A DNA stretch of 64,000 nt from Fistulifera solaris. Lineage: Eukaryota. The translations under genes were made by a program, and so were the position numbers. Of this stretch, positions 23,014 to 35,392 are shown piece after piece. The notes beneath the pieces were generated by a model. The model worked only from the letters and a program-made list of their open reading frames with translations, had not been told where the DNA came from and ran no database searches. The DNA lies in the NCBI GenBank assembly GCA_030295235.1, contig AP026172.1, forward strand, positions 62,001-126,000, given 5' to 3'. Every line of letters begins with the position of its first letter. The stretch's first letter is position 1.

Positions 23014-24231
23014 TTACGACACCGTATTGCGAAGGATACGTTCCATTCGCTTGTATTCATTTCGCCAAGCCACAGCCCAGTTCCTTCGCTGCCTCTTCAC
23101 TGGATGTTTCCAAAATAAACTAAGACTAGTCATCTGTTTCAGACTCATCGTTGCCGCATAATTTGGATCTTCTTTGATCACCGTGCTAATGAAAGCCATC
23201 GTCGTGACATCGTGATCTTCCTGTTGTTCGAAATAGTTCTCCTTAGGCACAGTATTCGCAACGCGGACAACTCCCTTCACCAAATCTGCGCTCATTATGT
23301 AACATCCGCCTTGAGCGTAAATGTGATAGCTGGGCAGTAGATGTTCGAGAACCAGTTTCTCTTTTTCCCAAAAGTCAGTGACAAACCTCTTGCCATACTT
23401 TTCAACGTTCCACACATCTTTGTCTACCATTTGACCCACCAGAATGTGATTGTTGCATGGCGCTGGGGGCAAATGCATTTCCTTGAAGCCGAAAAATTTG
23501 TCCAAATACAACATTGTATCAAGGTCGATCTTGCCAACGTAGTCAATACCCAACTCATCCGCAACTGTACTCGCATAGTAGAACCACGTTTGACTTTTGC
23601 CTTCATTCATGTTCTCTCTGCAAACAAAGTGGAAGATGAGTGAGAGCATCAAAAGTTTCTTTACGCGGTTTTGTTGCGAGTAACGATAAAGACGTTCAAC
23701 AAACAAGAAAACCAGGTATATCGTACCGAATGTTGAGATGCGTCACATCCTCCCCAGAAAAGATCTTGCTGAAGCTGCTGGCGAGAACCGGCATTGTGTC
23801 ATTCACAATCTCCGTAGGACCGTTCTCGTTTCCTCCGAGAACGAACGTGTAAAGCAATTCACATGCAGAAGATCGTGTCTCAGTAAAGTATTGTAGCGAG
23901 CACACATTCGGATGCAGTGCAAACAGTTCGCGATGTACTCTTGCATAATCGTTTAAAGAGCGCGATTCTACGGCCATTATTCCAACCAAAACGCGACTTT
24001 TCGTTCGTTTATCAGCAGGAATTCCCGATGGAAAGGGACCGGAATTGAAGTCGGTAGAACGGCTGAGCTCATTGAACGATTGAGGCTGCAACTGCGTAAT
24101 ATTTATTCCTGGTCCGATATCGAGCATGCATCGCGAAGAACACCATAACACGACAATCTGTACGAACAGAATGGCGAACGTCGCCTGCTAATAGCCACAG
24201 ATCTCTGGCTTTTGTTGGATGATAATTCCAT
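23014..24231 (-). CDS. GT31-like glycosyltransferase, inverted paralog of 19142-20406; intron 23618-23726
   Basis: Near-identical exon 2 (ENMNEGKSQTWFYYAS...KIDLDTMLYLDKFFGFKE) and the same intron position; the 5' end needs a 1-bp correction. Confidence 0.8.
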
Positions 24232-24565
24232 TCTTTCGTCAACAATCACTTCAATTGTGTCTATTGTAGAAGCCTAGAACGACGTAAAATGCATGATTCT
24301 CCACTACCTCGTCTTGATGAACATAGCATGTCTCATTAATTTCGTTTGTTTCTTTTGGTTTCTTCGTTGGTTTCTTTTGTTTCATTCACTCTGCTCACTG
24401 CAATGCTTTTCAGTGCAAAGTCTGTCCATCTGTCCTCCGCCTTATGGTCTGTCCGTCACTGTGACTGTCCGTTGAGTTTTGAAATTTGAAATGCGAAAAG
24501 GGACTGAAATGTTGGTCCAGACGTGACCGACGGCTCACAATTATCGATGCCTCCCAACCATCAAG

Positions 24566-25168
24566 ATGGAAGAAAATGAGCAAGAAGTAGCAATATCTTT
24601 CTCAAGTAACGAGGAGATTGAAGTCTCCACAGATAGTATCGCAAAGTATCAAGACGAAGGCACTGTAAAGAGTGTCCGCTTCGATAGCCAGATTCTGGTT
24701 CATAAGCATGCATTAATTCTTGGAGATAATCCAGCAGTATCCGATGGAGTCCCTTTGCAACTGTCGTGGGAAGCCGAAGGCACAGAAGTTTGGGAGTTAC
24801 AAGATAACAATAAACGTCATCGGATACCACCCAAGTTATCGAGTTATGTACGGAAAGTAATCGCATCCGATCAAAGCTCGCGGAATTGTTTGGTGCAAGC
24901 ACGAGAGGAAGTACGCGCCATTCAAAAGTCTCGAAGGGAATCGGCGCGGCCGAAAGTTTCCTTGTATGATATTTTCTTTGGAAACAGTAAGCTTTATGTG
25001 ACAAGCAAGAGTCACACAAAAACAAAGGACACAAGTCAAACTTGTTCCTTAGTCGAATATGATTTTTTGCTCGACATTGTAGAAAATACGGAATGCTATT
25101 TTCTGTTGGTAATACGCCGCACATACTCTAAAAGTAAAATACAGTTGAGGCAGAAGTCGATGTGTTAA
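24566..25168 (+). CDS. Hypothetical protein with an RVxF + LGDNP motif
   Basis: KSVRFD...LILGDNPAVSDGVPLQLSWE, a motif common in diatom hypothetical proteins. Confidence 0.65.
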   Translation: MEENEQEVAISFSSNEEIEVSTDSIAKYQDEGTVKSVRFDSQILVHKHALILGDNPAVSDGVPLQLSWEAEGTEVWELQDNNKRHRIPPKLSSYVRKVIASDQSSRNCLVQAREEVRAIQKSRRESARPKVSLYDIFFGNSKLYVTSKSHTKTKDTSQTCSLVEYDFLLDIVENTECYFLLVIRRTYSKSKIQLRQKSMC

Positions 25169-25772
25169 TAATGGAAAGGATGGAAATGTATAAAGCTAGA
25201 CTACTAGAGTTCGTAAATTAGGGCATGGGTAGCGACGAGTGTTTCCAATTTTAATGTAGTTCTTTTAGCTGGTCCGAAGAGAGCACTATCGTTTATTGTC
25301 TGGCTTGCATTACGATGCAAGTGACGTCATATCGGCCCATGAGAAACAAGACGATCGAAGACAAGATTGCTATGAGACTATGATGGTCTTGACTGAAGAA
25401 AATGTGGCGAACATTTTAAATAGAAAAACCATCATTTTCGTCCGAAAATGTTTAAATTTGTATTTAGGGGTATCACTTTTATAACATGTTTGCTATTTTG
25501 GTAATATTCTCTTGACATAACATCACGGGACATCAACGGAAATGTTCTGCTTAAATAAATCTCTGTCGTTGCCAACGGTTTCTTCCCTCGAATCCTTTTT
25601 GCACCTTCATCGTCGCCTTTCGAAATAAATATCAAGGTAACAGTATTTGCAGTTGCCTCGACAATAACGATCACCGGAGAGATCTCTTTCATTGTGATAA
25701 TTCATTCATTCATTCGGTTTGATCATCGTGTTGTCGCACATTTACAATTAATCAACACTTCTATCAACTAAG

Positions 25773-27559
25773 ATGATGGACTTGGAAGAAATATCGTTTG
25801 AGTGGTCGCTGGATGAGGCGAAATATACTTCTATTCAGCGTTGCCTCGAAAGTGATGTTGTCGATTTATGGAAGTTACGTGAGATGGCTTGGGAAAAGGC
25901 GGGCTTCTTTGCCCTCAATTGCGCCAGAGAGCGTGGCCGATCCTCTTTCAGTGTCATACATCGTTTCGCTCGACGCCGGAGCCACTCGCGGTGGATGTTG
26001 CTCCAAAGAATTTAGCACAACTTCAATATGACACAACGAAAGTCGTTTGGAACATTCAAGAGCATTTGTTAGCCAGCCAGCGTGCTTCCAAACAACTGGA
26101 TACCGAACTATTGTGCGCTAAATCACGCAGACGCCGTAGGGTTACGTTTATGGACGATACCGACTCTCTGGATTTCTTTTCTCCTGGCTCGAAAGGACCT
26201 CGAGTGTCACCGACGTCGTCGCTCGATTCGCGTTCGAATTCTCCTACATCTGCAGGTCCAGACGATGAGCTTTCTCTAGATGATCGATCGCTTCTTTCGA
26301 GAGGAACTGTCGTGCCAGGTGTTCGCCCTCCTACTGCTCAAGAGCAACTGGTCCTGTACAATGCCGTCGCTGCTCTGCTGAGAACTCCGGGTGAACCCAA
26401 CACGCATTATGAAGATGATAATTATTATGTGTTCCGTGGTCTCGTCGATCTTGCCGCTCTATTCATGATCAATATCGAGTCGCCTTCGTTGGCGTCGTTG
26501 ATGTTAAAACGAGTGAGTGTGTGGCATCTTCGAGATGCTTTGCGTCGCGATCATTCGGTAGCGAATACAACGCTCTCGGCGGGCTTGGGAGTATTGCTTC
26601 AATCCGTGGAACCTTCCTTGTATCAGACTGGGGTCTACCACCAATCATCTCTCATTCATACCATGACGAGTTGGTTTACACGGGATATCCTGGATGTTCG
26701 AGTGGTATCTAGAGTTCTTGACGTTTTGCTGGTCAGTCATCCGGTGGCTGTGATTTATCTCATGGCGTCCATCTTGCACCATTCACGTGCACAGATCCTA
26801 GAAATAGGTTGGCGACGTGAATGGGTGGCCGAAACGGTTACTGAAGATACCGTCGAAAGCATTATCAAGAAGGCGCTGCAGTATCTGTAAGTATGACTTT
26901 TGTCTTCTTATTCGAATGCTAGATCATGATCTCACCGACCACTAACTCATTTCATTTGACACAGACGTGTATGCCCAATCCTTGACTTGGTTCAAGCAAC
27001 TCGTCAAGTAGTGGAGCACCCTGACGCTGTAGTCATGTTGGAGGAGACGTTACCAGCCATTCCGGCTACTACCCTCTCGGATTTTGCTGTTTGGAAAGTG
27101 AAAGAAACCGACGAGCTGACTTATGAAACAGAAGTTCAACCATCGTTCTATCCGGCAGCTTCATTGGCGACGGGGTTACCGGTATCAGCCAACCGAAGTA
27201 AATGGGTCCTATTGCTTCTTTGTGTCCTGGTTGCTCTGGTAGCGTTGCCTTTTTGTGTCTTTTCGACAGTGCCCACCGTCGATACTCCCAAAACATGGAC
27301 AGATTCTCGTCAAGCCGTGCATCGTGTGCTACCCAATAATTCCATGGCGCGACAGAATAATAGTGTCCGGCCCACAATTACCGACCGATTGGAAAATGCA
27401 GGATCCGTGTTGGAAACATTAAACTGCACCGCGAAATATGGACTGTCGTACATGTTATTGCCGGCGAAATTAATAGTCGAAGTCAAGCGCACTGTTTCGC
27501 ATTGGATTGATTTGCTTCGTGAAGCGTTTGGGGAAAACATCTATGTAGATTTGGAGTAA
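25773..27559 (+). CDS. TBC (Rab-GAP) domain protein, TBC1D20/Gyp8-like, with C-terminal TM; frameshift at ~25890, intron ~26887-26964
   Basis: VDLWKLREMA/GGLL..QLRQRAWPIL, SWFT...VSRVLDVLLVSHP..VIYLMASIL. Confidence 0.75.
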
Positions 27560-27593
27560 TGAAGTTTAGCTTCACGTATTAATGTCGGGTTTT

Positions 27594-30283
27594 TTAAAGT
27601 ACTACAAACTGGCTGCACACAATTCCACGAACTCTGTAGAAATCCTCGCAAAGTGGACCCTCCACATGCAGCTTTCCACTTTGTTGCTCTTTCCTTACCA
27701 GAATGCCACCATTCACCACTAGCTGTGAATGTCCCTTCATTGTCTTGTAGTCCGCTTTCATCCCTTGAGCAATCAGTTCAGCCCGTAAATCCGTCAAAAG
27801 AATTTCACCCTCACTAAGATACAATGAGGGGCTGTCATCGGAGCATTGATCGATGCGTGGTGCCAGCACGAAACTGCCATCAAGCGCAACTTTCTGTCCA
27901 GTGGCCGCCAACTTCAGCTTGCTTACAGTACATGAACCTAATTTCGTTTCTTTGAATTCCACCGGTCCGGGTGGCTCGTCGCAAACTTCCCTCTCTTCCG
28001 GAGGTAAATATGGTGTATCTATTAATCGGGCCGCATATGCGGCGTGGCCTACGTGAACTTCCGTAGTTTCACCATCGCTCGGTGTTTCTACATTTGTGTC
28101 GCACGAGGCAAAGACATCGCCGCTTCCGCTAGAAGCGAAACTTCGTCCACTAAATACTCAGGTATTTCTTGAGTTGTTGCAGGACCTCCCAATACAATGA
28201 CTTGACGTGGCTGGAGCGCTCGGACTGACTGTCTTGCCGCTTGTGCATCGACTCTCCCTTCCAAAGGTACGAACGACACTTCGGCTAAAACCTCAATTTT
28301 CTGAGACACCGTGGTTACTTTCGTCGGTGCACGTCCGTTACGACCACGAATAATCCCATTTCCTTCTGAAAGATCTATTGCTTCTAGTGCCTGATCGTCC
28401 ACGTCGTCCGCACCATCATTATCTTCGTCCTCGGATACTTTGGCGGAGCTGCGTTTAGTATCGACACCGTAGCCGAATCCTCTTCGAGCTACATCATCTC
28501 CAAGTCGACCGCCAGCGAATTTTGATGGGTCAACGCCGGCGACGATATCGATAAAGCGTTCAGACTGTACTGCGATTCCATAATCGTCTTCAAATATTTC
28601 TCCCGAACGACCAATCGACTCACCAATTCCATACTGCGGTACGGAATCAGGTTGTCCGATACCAGCAACATCTTCCTGCAGGTCGAAGGTGACTATAAAT
28701 AAAGTAGGTCATGAGAAAATGACAAACAGGCACACATCCTCCAGGACATATAAACTTACGATGCAAAGGCTTTGAGAATTTCAAGAAGAGAGTGGAATCA
28801 AAGCGGCTTTTCTTCTTTGGCCTTAAAGCCGTGGCAACATTGGAAACGACTTTGACTTCTGGTTCGTCGTCTCCAAGTCGCAACTGTCCTTTCGCAAGTT
28901 CCACTTCGCGTAACATGGCCCGCTTCTCCTCCTCCTGTTGTGCCATAATGCGAGCCTGCTCTTCACTTTCGAGAAATCGCTTCATTTCTTCTCCTGTAAG
29001 CGGAGAGCGATGGGGAACAAGTACATCCACTTTAATAGAGTCATCCATTTCTCGGCCTTCTCGTTTGGCTTGCGTCCACGCGCACATTAACTGACCCGCC
29101 GCAGTCCAAGGTGACGTTTTTTCTCCATCGTCCTCTTCGACAAGCATGCTATTCGTTGTGGACGTCATCATTTTTTGCTGTCGCAGAGAGCATTGCGATG
29201 AATCCGTAAAGATAACTGCATTGTCTGGATTATCTGCCAATAGCAAAAAGACATCTCGCGAGGGTCCATGATCCAGTGTTAGACCAGATGCCACCACACA
29301 AGTTGGGTTATTGTTTCTCTCCATAAAGCTTTGTAACTGCGCCGCCGATGTAAAGAAGTGCACTGCATTCAACCGAAGCGGATGACTTTGTTGTGTATCA
29401 AAAGCATGTCCCTGCCGATCGGACATCCATTCGAGTTGGCATCGAGCGAATTCGGCAGTATTTGGTACGAGCGGTCCCAACCACACGAGATTGTATGTCT
29501 CACCCAGACGTTGCTTTTCCCAATGCTGCTGCAATATTAGTATCAGTTCAATCACACGCCCCGAAGCATCCGCAGGCAGCAAGACGTTCCCGTCACGTCG
29601 TAAAACCGCCAAGACTGATTCCACGAGTTCTCGTTCGGCTTGACTGGCCATCAGCGACGGCAACAAGGGCCTCCTTCCTTTGTTTAAAAGATGACATTGG
29701 CGAAACGCAATACCCCCCGGACGAGTAATCAAAGCATCCGGTTTTGCTTGTTTCAATAGAGTAGACGAATCCAAATGCAATTCCCTGGCCATATTGTAGG
29801 TAGCTGTAAAGAGCACGACCGTCTCATCAATCACACGCTGGAATGTGTAAAAAGCTCCTCCAACAACATGTCCCGCTCGTTGTGCCGTAATCGATAAATT
29901 TCCGATATGAATACTTTGCGAATATTTGATGCAAATGATAGCCGAAATAGCGGCATCGAGTTCTTCTAGCGTAAAGGCGGGCGCACTCCGTCCATACTGA
30001 GTGCCGCGTGATGATCGTACAGCGTCATTTGACCCATTTTGACGGTAGGAAACGTCGCATAGATCGGAGCTGTACCCCGATACATAGGTAAGGCTCCCAG
30101 AGATTGCAGCGTGCTGTCGGTTATTAAAACACAGTCATGAGGAGGGAGTTCTTCTTCCGGGGGAAGCGCTCCGAGATTGCACAAAATACGACAATCGGAA
30201 AACTCAATCAATGTGCAATCCGGTTCTAAAGCTTGACCGTCTTCCGACCATCGGCTTCCTGAAAGAGGCGTTACTCTTAGCAT
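27594..30283 (-). CDS. CPSF2: Cleavage and polyadenylation specificity factor 100-kDa subunit (several frameshifts, one intron at ~28695-28760)
   Basis: YATFPTVKMGQMTLYD, AGHVVGG, LRRDGNVLLPADASGRVIEL, FARCQLEWM, EGRVD and EGPLCEDFYRVR..VCSQF. Confidence 0.93.
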
Positions 30284-30749
30284 ATTGTGGTGTTAACAGT
30301 GAGTATGTATTGCAATATTATTATTGATTTGTGATCTGAGGATCAGCCATGTGCATTTCGACAAAAACGGGTGGATTTTTTCTTTTGCTGACCCTGACGA
30401 CGGACAGTCTCGTGCTCGGACTCAATACGTAGTAATAAAGAAGTCAGGCTTCGGAGTATTATTTTCAAGTCTCCCTGCAATAGATGCATGATATTCAAGT
30501 TGCACCAAGATCCATCTATTATGAATTTAAAGCATAGTCAAAAATATTTGAATCAAAAGCCTCAATTTGAAAAGATGCAATGCTGCGAATGTCTACGTGC
30601 ATTTCATGTAGGCCCCGTACCAGGTAGTTAAATTATTTGTTGTCAGGGAAGGTACCCGGATTTAGTCGAACAGCTTTTATTATTGACTTGTCAAAAATAA
30701 GCACCTTTTCAATAAAATTTATCTAAACGCTTGTTAGTGTGACTTGTGC

Positions 30750-33700
30750 TCAACTGCTTTGATATTTGATGAAATAGGATGCCAAGTATGCTGGAAGATA
30801 CTCGCACGGAAAGCTGGACCAGTAACCTACTATTTTGGGGTCGCAGTCGTTACTGCTGTTCAGGTGTGGAAGGTCGAACGACAAGAAGTACTCCGCGGCG
30901 TATTGGAACAATGGCACGAAAGCAAAGAGACAAACAATTGCGAGGAGCCAATTGGAAATCAAGAACTTCATGTCATCGATTGAGGCGGGTGTATCGTCCC
31001 AAAGGTCATCACACCAGTAGACGCACGCGTGCTTTTCAGATGACAAAGGCGTCATGACAACGGTCGGTAACTCTTCCGAGGGCATTTCAATGTAATGGAG
31101 CTCATCGTGAACCCCAAAAAAGACATCATGGCAACACGCCTGGAATAGTAACCAGCCTTGGGTGCAAAATGGTTCTTCTCTGAGGATCGTTCCGACTTGC
31201 TCATCGTCGTCGTCTGGAAAAGAAAAGTACCTAACCGAAGAAGCCAACCGTCGAGTGTGGAGTGCGGAGGGTTTGGAGGTTCATAGGTCGAAAGCATATC
31301 AGCGGTGGTTTCCACATGATCATCTTCATCGTGCACTCCGTAAAATACATTGTGGAAAGAGGGTAGAAAAGCTCTCCAGGTCGACGGAAGGGCAAGATCC
31401 TCCGTTTCCGTGAACTGAAACTCAGGCTCACCAGTTTCAGTATCATGATGAACAACATCCGCGGTCAACAACCCGCCGCTTTGTTCTGGTGAATCTTGCA
31501 TGCCATCAGTACCTGGCAAGAGCGGATGGCTTTTCGATGAGAAGAAGGAATATTCAGTATCATAATCCAACTTCGTGGGCTTGACTACTGAATGTAAGCC
31601 AACGATGGTTGGGGATACCTTTCGTTCCACCTGCTTCTCTTTGTGCAGTAAATAGTCCGACTTGGGGGCCAATGAGTTCAAATTCGGTGCGTTAATGGAA
31701 GGAGTTATCATTCGCAATGCGTTGCCTTCCTGCAATTTGATAAAAGCATATCGACTGCGCTCGTTCTTGTCTTTCTCGGTTGAGCTGGTTGGAAGGGGGC
31801 CAGTGCTGAAATTGTTAGGCAATGGCTCTAGGGAAACGCGATTGGGCTTCAATTTCTGCTTTCCTCCGTATGACAGTTTTGCTTTTGCATCCCAAGTAGG
31901 TGATACATTTTCCTTATCTTCAGGCGAGTCGTTCTCTCGCTCTCCAACGGAGGGCCGTTCGGCTGTCGGACCCAAATTCCAAAAGTTGGTGTCGCCGCAA
32001 TCTTCTTGGCTGAAACATTCTTTCCCGGTGTCTTTTCGTTTGTGAGATTGAATAGTTGTCTCGTCATGAATCGACTTGTCACGTGCTGCCTTAATCGGTT
32101 GATTTGTCGGGCATGAAGAGGAACGTTGTTCTAGACCTTCTAGCGATGCTGGATTAGAACTCGATTTTAGTGGGCAACGGTTGCTGTCATTTTCCTCGCT
32201 TGCGTTTTCCAATTTGGGGCTGATCTTGTCGCTATTTTCAATGAAAGAGTCACTCTGTTGCGTGATGGGTTCTGACAATGATTCCGCACTTCTCTGTTGA
32301 AGAGACATCAAATGACACTCGAGATTCACTGAAGTCAAGGCAGCATGCCGTGGACGCTTCGTAGTGCTACCCAACGAAGTCGAGTCCGACGCAATGGGAT
32401 TCACCGTTCGAGAGTTTTGGAAAGTGACTAGATGTTCGAACGTGAGTGAGACACTAACTACGATGTCATATATCACACTCCTTCGCAAAAACGATACATA
32501 CCATCCAATCCCACAACTTGGTTTGAGGCGTCGTGACAGAATACGTCGATGCGATAGTCGGTCATAGCTTTGGCAACGTCGTCCACAAAGCAGCCCAGCA
32601 AACCAATTCCTCCAGCTGTTTCTATTTTGTAAGCTTGCGATGCGAATGCGCCTTCAATTTCTGTTTCAAATTGAGGGATGGGAATCACCTTAGGTGGCAG
32701 ACCACGTATCCAGTTGAGACTTTTCAGAGTCTTGCAGCCAAGAGGCAGAGCTGATAAGCGGCATTCATGAGCCGACGAGAACCCGTCGAAAGCAATCAAC
32801 GATAGCGTGAATACCATGGAGACTGAATTGTCGTCCAAATATACACCTTGGGACATTAAAGTGGTGATACGATGATGAGATGGATCCACTGTGGCTTTCG
32901 AATATCCGTCCAGTGAAGCAGATGATATATTTTGTACATGCTGATGACTTGCATGCCGTACAACCAAGCGTTTACTCGACCAGTCCTCGCGTAGTATATC
33001 GAAATCATCGTCAAGCCGATGATTGTTGACATTCGACTGCATGTCTAGAGTCCATTTTCCGGGCATGGCTTCATGGGGCATGAGCTCCAGCACGCGACCT
33101 TCCTTCGGCAAATTTTCTGTCCGACCTTCCAACATTGTTTGTTCAAGAAATACAGTCCGATCTGCAGTGCCGGGAACTGTAATGACTCCCTCGACAATGG
33201 CCCAATACTGCGACGGCGGAATGGTCAGCTCTGCCGACAACCGCTCCAACATATCCCGTTTTCGACGACGCTGACCAGCAAAGGTGACTGCTCTAGCTTC
33301 CGTCTTATCCACAACGCCGAGAAACTTTTCGTTATCGACGAACTCCGTTTCCTTTGTATCGACCGGTATTTCGTTCATCGTCGACGGCGCTCCCGGCAGT
33401 ACTGTTGTTGCCGCATCGCCGCTGTTGTGTATTAATTCCAAGAGCTCGTGGTCACTTTTCTGTGATGATTTTTTTGTCGCTTTCACTTTCTGAGCTTTTC
33501 CATTTTGCTTGACTCCCCCCAAAGCATTGCTTTTCGAACCTTTCGCGGTACTGGAAGAAATGGTCGTTTTCGACGTTTTCGTTCGCGACTGCTTCGCGGC
33601 TGGACGTTTCTGAGCTAATTGATGCTTTTCTTTCCATTTTGTGTAAGCCATTTTGTATTGCACGGTGCTTTGGTGATTCCATTGCTCATAATATGTCAGA

Positions 33701-33810
33701 CTGTCATTGCGGAAGATGCGATCCCGTCCCGTCAACGCCACACTGCATCGTTTCTTGTGCGGAGGGTTCTTTGCATTTGCAAAATTTGTCGCAGTGTGGG
33801 CTGCTGTCAT
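30750..33810 (-). CDS. Large hypothetical protein (~1000 aa); intron 32428-32501, frameshift near 31230
   Basis: ORFs 32473-33954 and 31052-32488 splice in frame (GAT G|GTATGT..CTAG|TC ACT). Overlapping ORF 30750-31247 carries a repeat of the same motif and a TM. Confidence 0.6.
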
Positions 33811-34151
33811 TTTGTTGTTTGAAGAACGGATATCAAAGTATAGAAAGAATATATTGCAACAGCAATGTCTTCGACATCGATTTGTGAAGTGCATTGGGTA
33901 TGAACGATTTTTCTGCAAGCGAAACCGAAACGGAGCCGAGCCACATCGCGTCAAAATCGTCGCGCGGTAGCATTTCTACGAAGGGCCAACGTACACTTTA
34001 CCTGGCAATCAAGTACCAGTAGGACTTGTTGTAAATTTTTGTCGTCGTTTTCACGACTCATTTTTTGGAAAAAAACGAGTTCTTTTCAATCATCGCATTC
34101 TTTAGCCAAAATGACAAGATTGTGGCATCGTAACTACTAAAGAATGACAAC

Positions 34152-34993
34152 ATGCTAGGACGAAGCAACACTGCTTGGGTAATAGTCTTTGGCTTGCTTT
34201 CATGTTCAAGAGCAGCTATGGTTATTACCTTAGGTGACTCGTATGCAGCCGGAGACGGTGCGCATGCATGGCAAAAGCATTACGATGATCCGTATTGCTA
34301 CGTCGAAGATGACACAAATCCTGGAGGAAAATATGCTTCCACACGTGGTTTGAAGCACATTGTGGCAGCTTGTAGTGGTGACCTCATCAATGAAACTGTT
34401 GCACAATGGGATGATTTGCAGCTGCGTTATGCCGACGAAGCTACGGATCTTTGGGAAGGATCGGTTATTATCGTAACGACAGGAGGAAATTCGCTCAAAT
34501 CGATTCGTGGGGACGACTTTGTAGCAGGTCTAATTCGCTGTTTGGCTGTTCCGCGATGTTACGAGGACGCAGAAAATCAAGTCGCTAACTATGATGCAGT
34601 ACAAACTGAACTAGAGCTATTTTACTCTCAGTTAGCGATACAAGCAAATGGAGCTACAGTTCGAGTTATCGGATATCCGAAAGTATTTAATTCCAACCGG
34701 TTCCGATGCTCGATTCCTGGAATAACAGTTCGGGAAGCCGACTTTTTGATAACATCGTAATTGGAATGAATGATCGGATTATCGCGGCCATTGATGCGGT
34801 AAAGTCAATCTTTTCTGATTTTGACGTACGATTTGTCGATGTTACAAAATATTATACAAACGGTGCGTGCTCGCCCCTCAAGTCTCGCCAAGTAAGGAAC
34901 CTTAATGTGCGCTTCCCTCGATCCAGTTTCCATCCCACTCAAAACGGTTACGAGAAATCATACGAGGCTCTGTTGGATACAATGATTGGCTGA
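34152..34993 (+). CDS. Secreted SGNH/GDSL hydrolase (SEST-like); T-run frameshift at ~34745
   Basis: Signal peptide, LGDSYAAG, ACSG, TTGGN, SFHPTQNGY. Confidence 0.88.
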
Positions 34994-35392
34994 TTGCGGA
35001 TATTTAGATGGTGACGATTTCGTTACTACAAAGTAGTCAGGTACTTTACCCCACTGACCAGTGACCGGCCTGATTGAGCTATTACATTCATATATTCTTT
35101 GATGATTGAGTTAAAGGCATATCTTTCGTATGGTCTACTTAGTTTGTATAAATCCTCCCAGGCTTTCACTTCGCTTACCTCCGAAAAATACCTTTTGTTT
35201 CTAAACATTCTCTGACTCCTCTTCCAAGAAAGACTGGATCGCTATTTTCAAACACGATTGCCAATGAAACGCATGAGAATTCGACGTCGTACTGTATACA
35301 ACAACAACGGACGATACAATAACATACAACGCATTCTGGTAACACAGTATAAGACGCCACAACCACTTTACCTACCAAACAAAACGATCACG

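Noticed and set aside
27594..30283. CPSF100 pseudogene
   Set aside because: It is an essential gene with intact motifs, and the breaks sit at homopolymers, so they are probably sequencing errors.
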